From an uncultured delta proteobacterium (GTDB taxonomy: Bacteria; Myxococcota; Myxococcia; Myxococcales; Myxococcaceae): a DNA stretch of 64,000 nt. The first letter of the stretch is position 1, and every line of letters starts with the position of its first letter. The notes under the pieces were generated by a model that saw only the letters and a program-made list of their open reading frames with translations, searched no databases and had not been told where the DNA came from. Where the stretch lies: NCBI GenBank assembly GCA_963771175.1, contig CAVYSY010000050.1, positions 1-64,000 on the forward strand, read 5' to 3'. Positions 1 to 9,572 of this stretch are shown one piece after another. The position numbers and the translations under genes are program-made.

Positions 1-1244
1 GCCACGTATTGCTTTGACGTTGCCTGGAGTCTGCTCCACGATGTGATGCCATTCCTTCCCCGGACCCGCTGAACCCATGGCGGACTTGAAGCCACCAAAC
101 GACCCCCACGCCCTGTGTCCGTTGGGCAGGAGCTTACCCCGACTCGGGGCAGGACTCCCAGCAGTAACGCCCCGGGCAGCCATGGCTACGGCATGGGGCG
201 CCAACACCACGCGGATCGTGCCCTCGGGCACGGAGACAATAAGGCGCTCGGCTCCGGTTGCCGCTCCAGCAGGCCCGAGCCCGGTGTTAGCCGCGACCGT
301 CGCCGACGCTTGCGCGAAGCCGGGGAGCTTCGGGGCCCTTGGACATGAGCGCCGCCGTTTCACCAATGGCCGCCGTCGCCACCATGACGAGAATTCGCAC
401 GCTGTTGGGGCCGATGACTCTCCGAACCGCTCACCCATCTCGCGCAGTTCCGCAAAGGTGGAGGCTCGCGGTGCATCCTCGTAAAGCTGCGCATAGGCCC
501 GCAGCAGGTCGAAGAATTCCTATCCGAGATAGCCCCACATGGCGGCGCTAAACACCGAGGGCTACGCCCTTTGTTACCGGCTCGGGCACGGGCGCCAGCA
601 ACAGCGCCATGTAAACCGTAATGGTGAAGCTGAGCAGTAGCGAGCACTCGCGTAGGGTCGAGCATGGCCCGCACTTCCGCGTCTACGCCTTCCAGGGCAG
701 GACCCACCGCCAGGGCAAGCGCAAGGCTGCGCTTATCGTCAGTCTTGAAGGCGGGGCCCGTCTTCAAACAGCGTCAGGCAGTCGCCTGGAGTGCCGCACC
801 GCTCGCAAAATCGCCCATAGGACTGGGCCAGGTCTGATTGCCACGCTTCGCCACTCAAAGGCGCGGACGCCAGCGCCAGCCTACGGCCGACATACAGCGG
901 GGGGCAGGACGCGGACACCCGCAGCGGGATGTTGAGCCAAAGCGTTGTCATGGCGGCCGAAAGCTCGGCGTCACTCACCCGCACTGGCGCGAAGTCCGTG
1001 GGCAGCTTGGAAAAGATGGCTTCGCCCTCGCCTGTGTCTCCTTCGTCGGCTTCCACCTCCAGCGCCCACGCCTCGGGGGAGTCCTCGGAGTGGGCAGGCT
1101 GTAACGGTACGCCGTCAACCCTCCGCCCGAGGGTGCCCCCGTTGCGCAAGCTGTAAGCAGCATCAGCGCAGCCAAAGCCAGCGCGCCCACGCGCAAGGGG
1201 CGCCGCTCGTCCACCGGGCGCGAATTGAATGAATGACTAGACAT
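1..1244 (-). pseudogene. Disrupted SitA-type (SitA5-like) lipoprotein polymorphic toxin; runs off the left edge
   Basis: Lipobox LMLLTAC. Conserved delivery-domain segments are spread over several frames (PVPEPVTKG, ELREMGERFGRVIG) and resemble the toxin at 46052-47410. The C-terminal part reads WGSFGGFKSAMGSAGPGKEWHHIVEQ at about 30-110. Several frameshifts and an in-frame TAG at 520-522. Confidence 0.75.
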
Positions 1245-1847
1245 TGCCGCACCTCTCCGGGCGAGTCGCCCGAGCTGGAAGCCAAGACCCGCCGATTACA
1301 GAGAACGGCTGACAGCCACGTCAAGCCGTCGGGTCTGGTAAGGTGCTGAAAACCCATCGGGCAGGTTGTGTTTCTCTCGGGCCGCACGGGGCGGGGCACT
1401 ACTCGCGCGCCGGGCCTTGCGTTGCAGCCGGGCACGTGACGTTCCCGAGGGTGACGGTGCGCGGTCCTTGCGCTTCCCACAGCTTGAGGGTGCATGGGCC
1501 AGCCGAGTTGCCCCGGCTCCCTCTCGGTGCCTACCACGACAAAGCCAAGGGCGCCGGGGGGAAAAGGGTGTCCTGCTCATCCTTCCCTTTCCCGCGCCCC
1601 TCATGGGGCGTGGAGGGCCCGCCAGCACTCCCGCCTCGGTTTTTCTCCCCACTCATCCTTCTTCTCCCCGGACCTGCCAGGCCCGTCTCCGGCTCTGTGC
1701 AGGCGCCCCCCGCGCGATCAGCCCGCGGCTGCTCGCCGCCGGTAGGCGCCTGTGGGCGGGACTATACTTCAGCCGTAGGGCCGGGTGGGATGACCTCTCC
1801 CGTGGGACTTTGAATCAAGCCTGCCCCTCGATAGGAGAGGGCACGGC

Positions 1848-3248
1848 TCAGAGCGCCAGCTCTTCCGTCCCCACCCGGAGCGTCGTGCCCGCCGAGCCGT
1901 TCTGGATCCGCACCCCGAAGAACTCCTCGGTGAAGTCGCGCAGCTTGGGGCCGGCCATCTTCAGGATGTCCGCGCCTCCCAGCGTGGGCGCGACGGCCGG
2001 ATGCCCGAGCGACTTCTCCACGCGCGCCTGGAGCTGCTCGAAGATGGCCAGGTTGGCGCGCTCCAGGTGGAGGTAGTCCACCAGTGCCTCGGCGAAGGGC
2101 CGCAGGCCGACCTCGACGGGCCGGCCCTTGCGCAGCAGCTCCATCACGCGCGGTACGGCGTTCCCGGAGCGCGGCGCCCGCTCGTGGCGCTGGATGAGCT
2201 CCGACAGCCCCTGGCCGGAGATGGCCTTCTGCTCCGCGTCGAGCTCATCGCGGAAGCGCTCGAGGTTCTGGATGATCCGCTCGCGCACGTCCTCGTCCGC
2301 GGCGGCGACCTCCTGGGCGAGCGAGCTGACCTTGTCCGCCGTCTCCAGCTCGAACTTCTCCAGCGCGGCGGCGAGCTCGCCGGGACGGGGCTCGCCGTCC
2401 TTCGGGTGGGAGAGCCGGCGCGCCAGCTCGTGGAGCAGCGAGGTGGCCCGGGCGCCGAAGATGTACTTCTGCGCGTCGAGCCCCATCAGCAGGTTGGCGT
2501 ACTCGTGGAAGGAGCGATCGGCGAGGGCCTGCATGGGCCCGCGGTCCGCGTTGCGCGGGGGCTGGCCGTCGATCATGACCCGGAACGTCTCCTCCACCAT
2601 TCCCTTCGGGCCGGCGCACACCGACGTGAGCCCGATGAAGAGGTCGTTCGCGTCGGTGAACTCGTAGAGCACCGCGGGATCCAGCACCTCCATCTGATCG
2701 AAGAGCCCGGCGGAGATGATGATGAGCACCTGGAGGTGCGAGACGCGGTTCACCCCGAGCATCATGCGGAACATGATGGCGGTCATCGCCGGAATCTGCC
2801 CGTCGGCGAGGGGCGCCTGGGCCTTCCGCAGCAGGTAGGCGGGGAGGGTGACCCCGAGCCGGCTGAACTTCCACATGTCGACCATGTTCACGGGGCCCGT
2901 GAGCGGTCGCCCGGTGTAGCGCAGGTAGTCGTCCCGGAGCACGGCCACGCCGCCGATCACCTGGAGCCAGTACTCGTTGAACTGCTTCAGGGACGAGATG
3001 TTCATCGGCAGGGCGTGCTTGCGCCGGCTGCCCGAGTAGGGGCACTCGCGCATCTCCATGGGCACGCCGGCGCGTGACTCGGCCGGGGACATCTCCTCGC
3101 CCAGGGGACGGCCCTCGTGGTCCCGGTACGGCAGGAGGGCGCTCATCAGCGACACCCAGTACAGCTCGGGAGTCTCCAGGGCCCTGGCTCCGAAGTATCC
3201 GGACGCGAAGAGGGCATCCACCTTGCTCAGGTCGTACGACTGGCTCAT
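1848..3248 (-). CDS. Hypothetical protein, 466 aa, with Cys-containing motifs (CPYSGSR, VCAGP)
   Basis: Long ORF with natural amino-acid composition, 35 bp downstream of the PRMT-like gene; family not recognised. Confidence 0.85.
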   Translation of the reverse strand: MSQSYDLSKVDALFASGYFGARALETPELYWVSLMSALLPYRDHEGRPLGEEMSPAESRAGVPMEMRECPYSGSRRKHALPMNISSLKQFNEYWLQVIGGVAVLRDDYLRYTGRPLTGPVNMVDMWKFSRLGVTLPAYLLRKAQAPLADGQIPAMTAIMFRMMLGVNRVSHLQVLIIISAGLFDQMEVLDPAVLYEFTDANDLFIGLTSVCAGPKGMVEETFRVMIDGQPPRNADRGPMQALADRSFHEYANLLMGLDAQKYIFGARATSLLHELARRLSHPKDGEPRPGELAAALEKFELETADKVSSLAQEVAAADEDVRERIIQNLERFRDELDAEQKAISGQGLSELIQRHERAPRSGNAVPRVMELLRKGRPVEVGLRPFAEALVDYLHLERANLAIFEQLQARVEKSLGHPAVAPTLGGADILKMAGPKLRDFTEEFFGVRIQNGSAGTTLRVGTEELAL

Positions 3249-3283
3249 GGCTTTGGGTGCTCCTGCGGGGGGGAGGTCGGGGC

Positions 3284-4525
3284 CTAGCGCAGCTCGACCT
3301 TGAGGCGCTGGCGTCCGGCGACGGTGAGCAGGCTGGCGCCGAGCTGCACCTCGTCTCCGGCCTTCACGTGGAAGGCGCGCGGGAGATCCCTCACCGCCCA
3401 GCCCCAGTGGGTGCGAGGCGCGTACGGCGAGGTGGAGAGCTGGAGCCGATCATCCAGGTGGGCCCGGAAGAACATCAGCACGGAGCCCAGCCGGCCATCG
3501 GCGCGGATCTTCATCGTGGAGAGCGTCTCGCCCGCGGACTGGGCGGCCAGGTCTCCGTTCAGGTCGATGGTCCGCACGGTGCACTCCTCGGAGAGGATGC
3601 CCTGCTGGAAGAAGGCCTCGCGGAAGTCGGTGCCCTGGCGAGGGAACTGGGTGTAGTCGTTGATCTCATCCGCGTGCTCGAGGATCTGCAGGTACGGATC
3701 GAAGTTCAGGCCGTACATGCTGCTGAACTCCCGGGCCTCCAGGCGCGCGCGCGCGGCGATGGAGGGGAGGAACTCCGGCTCCACGCCCACGCAGCAGACC
3801 TCGATCTTGTGGGGGATGAGGGTGCCGCGCCCGTTGGGGAAGAAGCGCTTCCGCGCGTCATCGATGTAGGGGATGACGTTCTCGAAGAAGGGATCGATCC
3901 CGAGGATCTCATGGACGATGACGTCCGCGGGCTCGGGGAGCTGCACGTCCTTGCTGTTGCCGGTGAGCAGGACGATCCGATCCTCCATGCCGTTGGCGTG
4001 GAACATCATCCGGGCCACGGCGGCCACCTCGCTCTCCTCGAGGGCGTACACCTTGCGGGCGCCCCCCTGGGCCGCGAAGAGCGAGAGGATGCCAGTGCCG
4101 CAGCCCAGGTCCACGACGACCTTGTCCTTCACGTGGGGCTGGATGGCCGAGCGGTACGCCATCACCCGGACCGAGTCGCGCAGCATCCAGTGGTGCAGTG
4201 CGAAGGAGGCGAAGCCGGCCGAGGCGGGCACGAAGCCGCTGTCCTCCGCGCGGTAGTCCTCGCGCACCGGGGTGAGGATGTTGTGGCCGCCGAGCCGCTG
4301 GAGCGCCTCCTCGAAGGCCTCGCGGCTCAGCGCCCGCTCCTTGCGGACGGTGGCGTAGGCGGCGTCCGCCGTGCTCGGGTTGGCGAAGGCGCGGAGGATG
4401 GACACCTCCTCGTCCTGGAGCACGCAGGGATCTCGCGACACCGAGTTGGCGGCGACGAAGCGGCCCGTACCGTCGAGCTGGAGATAGACCGAGCGGGAGA
4501 TGACGTAGGCGGTAGGCAGGGCCAC
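3284..4525 (-). CDS. Protein arginine N-methyltransferase (PRMT)-like class I SAM methyltransferase with N-terminal extension
   Basis: HHWMLRDSVR, VVDLGCGTGILS (motif I), DVIVHEILG...FFE (double-E loop), STSPYAPRTHW (THW loop). GTG start at 4525 preceded by AAAGGA. Confidence 0.85.
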   Translation of the reverse strand: MALPTAYVISRSVYLQLDGTGRFVAANSVSRDPCVLQDEEVSILRAFANPSTADAAYATVRKERALSREAFEEALQRLGGHNILTPVREDYRAEDSGFVPASAGFASFALHHWMLRDSVRVMAYRSAIQPHVKDKVVVDLGCGTGILSLFAAQGGARKVYALEESEVAAVARMMFHANGMEDRIVLLTGNSKDVQLPEPADVIVHEILGIDPFFENVIPYIDDARKRFFPNGRGTLIPHKIEVCCVGVEPEFLPSIAARARLEAREFSSMYGLNFDPYLQILEHADEINDYTQFPRQGTDFREAFFQQGILSEECTVRTIDLNGDLAAQSAGETLSTMKIRADGRLGSVLMFFRAHLDDRLQLSTSPYAPRTHWGWAVRDLPRAFHVKAGDEVQLGASLLTVAGRQRLKVELR

Positions 4526-4664
4526 TGCGTTCCTTTCGGGGGAGGAGGCGGGAGGCATCAAGGCCAGTAATGACCGTAACACAGGATTCATGAACCAGGC
4601 CATCAACACCCGCCATCCATGACTTGCCCGTTCGAGGGGCGCACATGAATGATGCGCGCCACAC

Positions 4665-5885
4665 ATGAGTCATTCGCGCGCGTCGGTGGAGCAGGGGATC
4701 AGTTGGAGGGAGGCTCACATCGCCTGGTCCGTGGCGGATCAGGCACAACGGCTCCTCGAGGCGGCGAAGGCCACGTCGCCCTGGCTCGTGGAGTTCCTCG
4801 CCCAGGCGCGGGATCAGGTGCCCGTGGCGGACACCTGCGAGCCCTTCACGGCCGGTCCCTGGTTCCGGCTCCCGGCGCACGTGCGGGCGTTCTACTTCCA
4901 GGGCGGGCCGGAGGGGGTTGTCGCCGTGAAGGGCTCGGAGGTGCTCTCCGCGGATGTCGTCGAGTCGGCGAGGCGCATCCGCCCCATGCGCAGCCCGTTG
5001 TTGACGATGTCGCTGCTGGACCACTTCCCCGTCAACGAGCACAAGGTCCCGGCGGCCCTGCTCCTGGAAGAGGCGATGTCCGAGGCGGTGGCGGCCTGTG
5101 AGTTCCAGCTCGAGTACCTGCGGCGCTACGGCACGCTCGCCCAGGCGCCGATTCCCTTGCTGGTGGCCCGGTGGCCGGAGTCGGTCGCCGAGTCGTTCCG
5201 CGAGAAGATGGAGCCTTTTCTCACCGGGAGGGGTGTCTCCATCACGAACCGGCTCGTGAAGGATGGGTTGGGCACCTATGTCTATTACTACCCGGGCCCG
5301 ACGCTGCGGGTGACCCACCTCGCGAAGATGCTCGAGGGCATGGTGGGGCCGCGGCACGGCTTCGAGGCCCGCCTCCAGGCGATGTGCCAGTTCACGGAGC
5401 CGCGCAAGGCCATCGAGGGGTGGATCCAGCTGATCGTTCGCGCCCTCGCGCTGGGGTACTTCCCCTGCATCCTGACCCACCACAGCGTCGGTCAGGCGAT
5501 CCGTCCCCACAACGCGGTCATCGATGGGGGGCTGGTGGACCTCGACTCCTTCCAGAAGATGAGCGAGGTGAAGGACGAGCGCGAGTTCATCGATACCTTC
5601 TGGACGGGGATCCTCCTGTTCTCCGAGACGCTCATCGAGTTCCTGCTCGGGAACTTCCCGGTGAAGTCGGAGCAGTGGGGCTACTCCTCGCCGATCCCCG
5701 CGTTCGTCGAGAGCGCCCTCGTGGACGAGCTCCGGCGCGGGCTGAAGGAGGAGGTGAAGCGCGGAGCGAAGCTCGACCCGCGGCTGGAGAAGGTGCTCTT
5801 CTCCGAGGCCTCCCTGACGGAGCGGCTGAGCGGTGCGTTCTCCACGATGTTCCCGCCGCTCACCACGCGCCACCTGGGCGGGTGA
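4665..5885 (+). CDS. Hypothetical protein, possible atypical kinase / SelO-like fold
   Basis: VVAVKG (beta3 Lys-like) and GQAIRPHNAVIDGGLVDLDS (catalytic-loop Asn plus DFG-like Asp spacing). The fold call is inference. Confidence 0.65.
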   Translation: MSHSRASVEQGISWREAHIAWSVADQAQRLLEAAKATSPWLVEFLAQARDQVPVADTCEPFTAGPWFRLPAHVRAFYFQGGPEGVVAVKGSEVLSADVVESARRIRPMRSPLLTMSLLDHFPVNEHKVPAALLLEEAMSEAVAACEFQLEYLRRYGTLAQAPIPLLVARWPESVAESFREKMEPFLTGRGVSITNRLVKDGLGTYVYYYPGPTLRVTHLAKMLEGMVGPRHGFEARLQAMCQFTEPRKAIEGWIQLIVRALALGYFPCILTHHSVGQAIRPHNAVIDGGLVDLDSFQKMSEVKDEREFIDTFWTGILLFSETLIEFLLGNFPVKSEQWGYSSPIPAFVESALVDELRRGLKEEVKRGAKLDPRLEKVLFSEASLTERLSGAFSTMFPPLTTRHLGG

Positions 5886-5892
5886 GCGGGCC

Positions 5893-7173
5893 TCACGGCC
5901 CGTCGGGGGCGATCTCCACCGGTCGAGGCGCGTCCTCGGCCGGGAGGAACCCGGGGATGCGCGAGCTGAGCAGCAGGACGAGCGAGGGCACGAGGAAGGC
6001 CACCGAGGCCAGTTGCATGGTGGCCGGCAGGGAGATGCGATCCGCGAGCAGGCCGAGGCCGATGGCGGCCAGGGGCATGACGCCCACGACCATCATCTCG
6101 CTCAGGCCGAGCACGCGCCCGCGCAGCCGGTCGGGGATGGCCACCTGGAGCAGGGTGAGGACGAGGGCGAAGGAGACCTCGACGCCGAAGCCCAGGAGGG
6201 CGACGAGGAGGGTGGCGGACCCGCGCTCCTGGGTGAGGGACAGGCCCCAGAGCGCGAGCGAGGCCACGGCGCAGGAAGCCACGAGCATGCCGCCGCGCAC
6301 CCGGGGCGTGAGCCGGGTGAGCAGCAGGCAGCCGACGAGTGCTCCGAGCCCCGCGCCCGTCAGCACGAGGCCCAGATCTCGCTCGGAGCCGCCGAGCTGC
6401 CTCATGACGAAGAAGGGCAGGAACACCTGGGAGAAGGGGAAGAGGAGGACGGCCAGCAGGCTGACGGTGCCGAGCAGGGCCCTGACCTCCCGGTGCGCCC
6501 AGGCATAGCGCAGGCCCTCGGTCAGGGTGAGGCTCTCGGGGTGTTGGAGGCGCATCGCCACCGGCCGGGGGCGGAGGCGCAGCAGGACGAGGATGAGCGG
6601 CAGGTAGCTCACGCTGTTGGCGACGAAGAGCCAGTGCAGCGGGGCCACGGTGAGCACGAGCGCGGCCAGGGCGCTGCCCACGAGCTGCGAGGCCGAGAAC
6701 GTGGCCCCCTGGAGGCTCACGGCCATGGGCAGCAGGCCCACGGGCAGCAGCTCCCCGGGCAGGGCCTGCTTCGCCGGCGCGCTGAAGGCCAGCAGCGAGC
6801 CCAGCAGCACGAACCACACGCACACCAGGGGGAGGGTCACTCGATCCGCCGCCACCACCGCCGCGCCGAGCAGCGCGAGCAGGCTGAGCAGCGGCTGGAT
6901 CGTCAGGAGGATCTTCCGGCGCTCGTACCGATCCGCCAGCACGCCCGCCAGCAGCACGATGCCCACGATGGGCACCGTGATGAGCGCTCGCACCGCGCCC
7001 ATGACGGCGGTGGAGTCGGTGAGTCGGGCGATGAGCCAGCCTCCCGCCGTGGCCAGCATCGCGTCACCGATGTACGCGACCGTCTGGCCGCTCCAGACGC
7101 GTCTGTAGTCGCGGTGGGCGAGGACGGTGAGTGCGCCCGGCGGTTCCTGTGGGCTCGGGGATCGCGATACCAT
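5893..7173 (-). CDS. MFS transporter (DHA3/EntS-like exporter)
   Basis: RDYRRVWSGQTVAYIGD, GVLADRYERRKIL (MFS motif A), PDRLRGRV; about 12 hydrophobic segments. Confidence 0.9.
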   Translation of the reverse strand: MVSRSPSPQEPPGALTVLAHRDYRRVWSGQTVAYIGDAMLATAGGWLIARLTDSTAVMGAVRALITVPIVGIVLLAGVLADRYERRKILLTIQPLLSLLALLGAAVVAADRVTLPLVCVWFVLLGSLLAFSAPAKQALPGELLPVGLLPMAVSLQGATFSASQLVGSALAALVLTVAPLHWLFVANSVSYLPLILVLLRLRPRPVAMRLQHPESLTLTEGLRYAWAHREVRALLGTVSLLAVLLFPFSQVFLPFFVMRQLGGSERDLGLVLTGAGLGALVGCLLLTRLTPRVRGGMLVASCAVASLALWGLSLTQERGSATLLVALLGFGVEVSFALVLTLLQVAIPDRLRGRVLGLSEMMVVGVMPLAAIGLGLLADRISLPATMQLASVAFLVPSLVLLLSSRIPGFLPAEDAPRPVEIAPDGP

Positions 7174-7227
7174 GGGCGGGAGCGTTCTCCTGCGCGGCGT
7201 GACTCGGGGAGCGCCCGCCTCGTGAAC

Positions 7228-9552
7228 ATGACTATACCTGCCAGAATCATCCTCCGGCGAGCCCTGGTCGCCTGGGCCGTGGGGCTCTCCGTGGTGGCAG
7301 TCCTCGTCGGACTCGTGGCGTGGACGGACCGTCCGCCAGCGCCGAAGCCGGAGACGAGCCCGATGAGCGAGTTCTCCGAGGCCCGCGCCATGGGCATCGT
7401 GAAGCACCTCACCGAGGACATCGGCCTGCGCGTGCAGGGCACGCCGGGGCAGCGGGCGGCGGCGGAGTACCTGGCCGCGCGACTGCGCGAGCTTCCGGGC
7501 GTGGAGGTGGACGTGCAGACGGTGGAGGCACGGCTCGCGGACACGCCTCGTGGAGACATGGTGCTGGCGCCGCGCGTCACCAACGTGGTGGCGCGCATCC
7601 GGGGCAGGTCGGAGTCGGCGGTGCTGCTCTCGGCGCACTATGACTCGCCGCCCGAGAGCGTGGGGGCCGCGGACGACGCCGTGGCCGTGGGAGCGCTGGT
7701 GGAGGTGGCGCGCGTGCTCGCGTCCGGGCCGGCGCCGCTGCACAGCGTGCTCATCGTCCTCAACGGCGCCGAGGAGGGCTGGCTGTTGGGCTCCACCGCC
7801 TTCGTCGGCCACCCCTGGGCGAAGGAGCTGCGTGCCTTCATCAACCTGGAGGCGGCCGGCGCTGGAGGCAAGGCGATCCTCTTCCAGAGCGGGCCGGGCA
7901 ACGCGTGGCTGCTGGATGCCTACGCCCGCGCCGCGCCCCACCCATACGGCACCGTCATCGGGCAGGATCTCTTCCAGAGCGGCGCCATCCACTCCGAGAC
8001 GGACTTCCGCATCTACCGGGACCGGGGAGGGCTGCGTGGGCTCGACATGGCCCTGTACCAGGACGGGTACGCGTACCACACCGGGTTGGATCGGCTGTCC
8101 CGGCTGGAGCCCGGGAGCCTGCAACACCTGGGAGACAACACGCTGGCGATTGCCCGGGAGCTGGCCGGGCGCGAGCTGCCCCAGGTGCACGATCCCGAGC
8201 CGGGCGTCTATTACGATCTGCTGGGCGTGACGATGGTCACCTACACCCGCACGGTGGCCCGGGTGCTGGCGGGGCTCGCGCTCCTGCTCGGGTGTGTCGC
8301 GCTGTTCGTGACGCTGCGCCGCACGTCGATGACGGTGGGCGGGTGGGCGAGGGGAGTGGGCCTGACGTGGCTGGGAGCCGGTGCCGGGCTGCTGCTCGCG
8401 CTCGGGGCCGCGCTGTCACTGGGCTTCGTCTTCCACCGGCCGCATGGCTGGTTCTCGGCGCCGTGGCTCGCGGTGCTCACCTTCGGGGCGTGCGCGCTGG
8501 CGGGCTCGCTCGGGGTGCATGCGCTCTGGGCTCGCTGGGGCGGTGACGCGGAGGAGCGGGCGTCGAGGGCGTGGGCGGGAGGCCTGGTGCTGTGGATGGC
8601 CGTGCTGGGGCTCCTGACGTGGGCGGGGCTGGGGATGGCCTACGTGGCGCTCTGGTGGGTCGTCCCCGGGTCCATCGGGCTGCTGCTCGCGACGCTGTGG
8701 CCCTCGTGGCGCGGCGCGGCCCTGCTGGTCGGCTTCGTTCCCGGCGCGCTGGTGAGCGTGCAGGTGGCCAACGTGCTGCTCGCCCTGGTCATCCCGCTCT
8801 CCGGGCGATTGATGCTGCCCATCCCGTTCGATCCCATCATCGCCGCCCTGGTGGCGCTGCCGGTGGTGGGTGCCTTCGCGCTCGGCGCCCCGGCGTTCCA
8901 TCGCACGGGCGGGCTCGGATGGGCCGCGGCGGTCTTCGGTGGGGTGGGCGTGCTCGCGCTCGGCGCCACGGCGCTGCACTTCCCCTATACGCCCGAGCGA
9001 CCCAAGCGCATCTGGGTGGTTCACGAGGAGACGCGGGGCCAGCCCGCGCGGGTGCTGCTCCAGGGCTTCGACTTCCCGGCGCTGGAGGAGGTGGCGCGGC
9101 AACTGCCTCCCGCGGACTGGGCCCCCGGAGCGCCGGCGTGGTACCAGGAGCTGGTGCGGCCGGCCGAGCCGACCCGGCTGGCGCCGCCGGTGCTCCAGGT
9201 GGTGTCCTCGCAACCGGGCCCGGACGGAGAGCGGTCGGTGCGGTTGCGCGTGGAGGCCCCGGACGCGCTGGAGTTCACGCTGACGCTTCCGAGGAATCGG
9301 GTGCTCGGATGGGACTTCCCCGAGCCGCTGCCGACGATGCCGGGCGAGGAGTTCGTTACGCTCAACATCCATGCACCCGGGGAGCGGAGCTGGGAGTTCA
9401 CCGTCCGCCTGCGAGGCAGCGAGCCGGTGCCGGTCGAGTGCACCACGTACCTGCTCGCGCCGACCTCCACCCTGGAGCAGCTCCGCGCACAGCTTCCCGG
9501 GTGGACGACCGCGTTCTTCTCCGTCAGCATGAAGGACCGGATCCAGCTCTAG
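7228..9552 (+). CDS. Membrane-bound M28 family metallopeptidase (ERMP1/PFF1-like architecture)
   Basis: LLSAHYDS, GAADD, NGAEE, INLEAAGAGGK, ETDFRIY, YHT, followed by multiple TM helices. Confidence 0.9.
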   Translation: MTIPARIILRRALVAWAVGLSVVAVLVGLVAWTDRPPAPKPETSPMSEFSEARAMGIVKHLTEDIGLRVQGTPGQRAAAEYLAARLRELPGVEVDVQTVEARLADTPRGDMVLAPRVTNVVARIRGRSESAVLLSAHYDSPPESVGAADDAVAVGALVEVARVLASGPAPLHSVLIVLNGAEEGWLLGSTAFVGHPWAKELRAFINLEAAGAGGKAILFQSGPGNAWLLDAYARAAPHPYGTVIGQDLFQSGAIHSETDFRIYRDRGGLRGLDMALYQDGYAYHTGLDRLSRLEPGSLQHLGDNTLAIARELAGRELPQVHDPEPGVYYDLLGVTMVTYTRTVARVLAGLALLLGCVALFVTLRRTSMTVGGWARGVGLTWLGAGAGLLLALGAALSLGFVFHRPHGWFSAPWLAVLTFGACALAGSLGVHALWARWGGDAEERASRAWAGGLVLWMAVLGLLTWAGLGMAYVALWWVVPGSIGLLLATLWPSWRGAALLVGFVPGALVSVQVANVLLALVIPLSGRLMLPIPFDPIIAALVALPVVGAFALGAPAFHRTGGLGWAAAVFGGVGVLALGATALHFPYTPERPKRIWVVHEETRGQPARVLLQGFDFPALEEVARQLPPADWAPGAPAWYQELVRPAEPTRLAPPVLQVVSSQPGPDGERSVRLRVEAPDALEFTLTLPRNRVLGWDFPEPLPTMPGEEFVTLNIHAPGERSWEFTVRLRGSEPVPVECTTYLLAPTSTLEQLRAQLPGWTTAFFSVSMKDRIQL

Positions 9553-9572
9553 TCCTTCTCGAAGGCGTCCCC

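Noticed and set aside
1245..1847. ORFs in the gap left of the cluster as precursor peptides
   Set aside because: Arg/Pro/Ala-rich translations typical of non-coding high-GC frames; no leader-like or repeated core pattern.
4590..4622. Tiny ORF MNQAINTRHP in the divergent promoter region as a RiPP precursor
   Set aside because: Too short for a leader plus core, weak RBS, and no independent support.
5833..9552. 1239-aa ORF as one protein, and the 765-aa minus-strand ORF 5893-8190
   Set aside because: The N-terminal extensions are antisense shadows. The real genes are the divergent MFS (start 7173) and M28 peptidase (start 7228).
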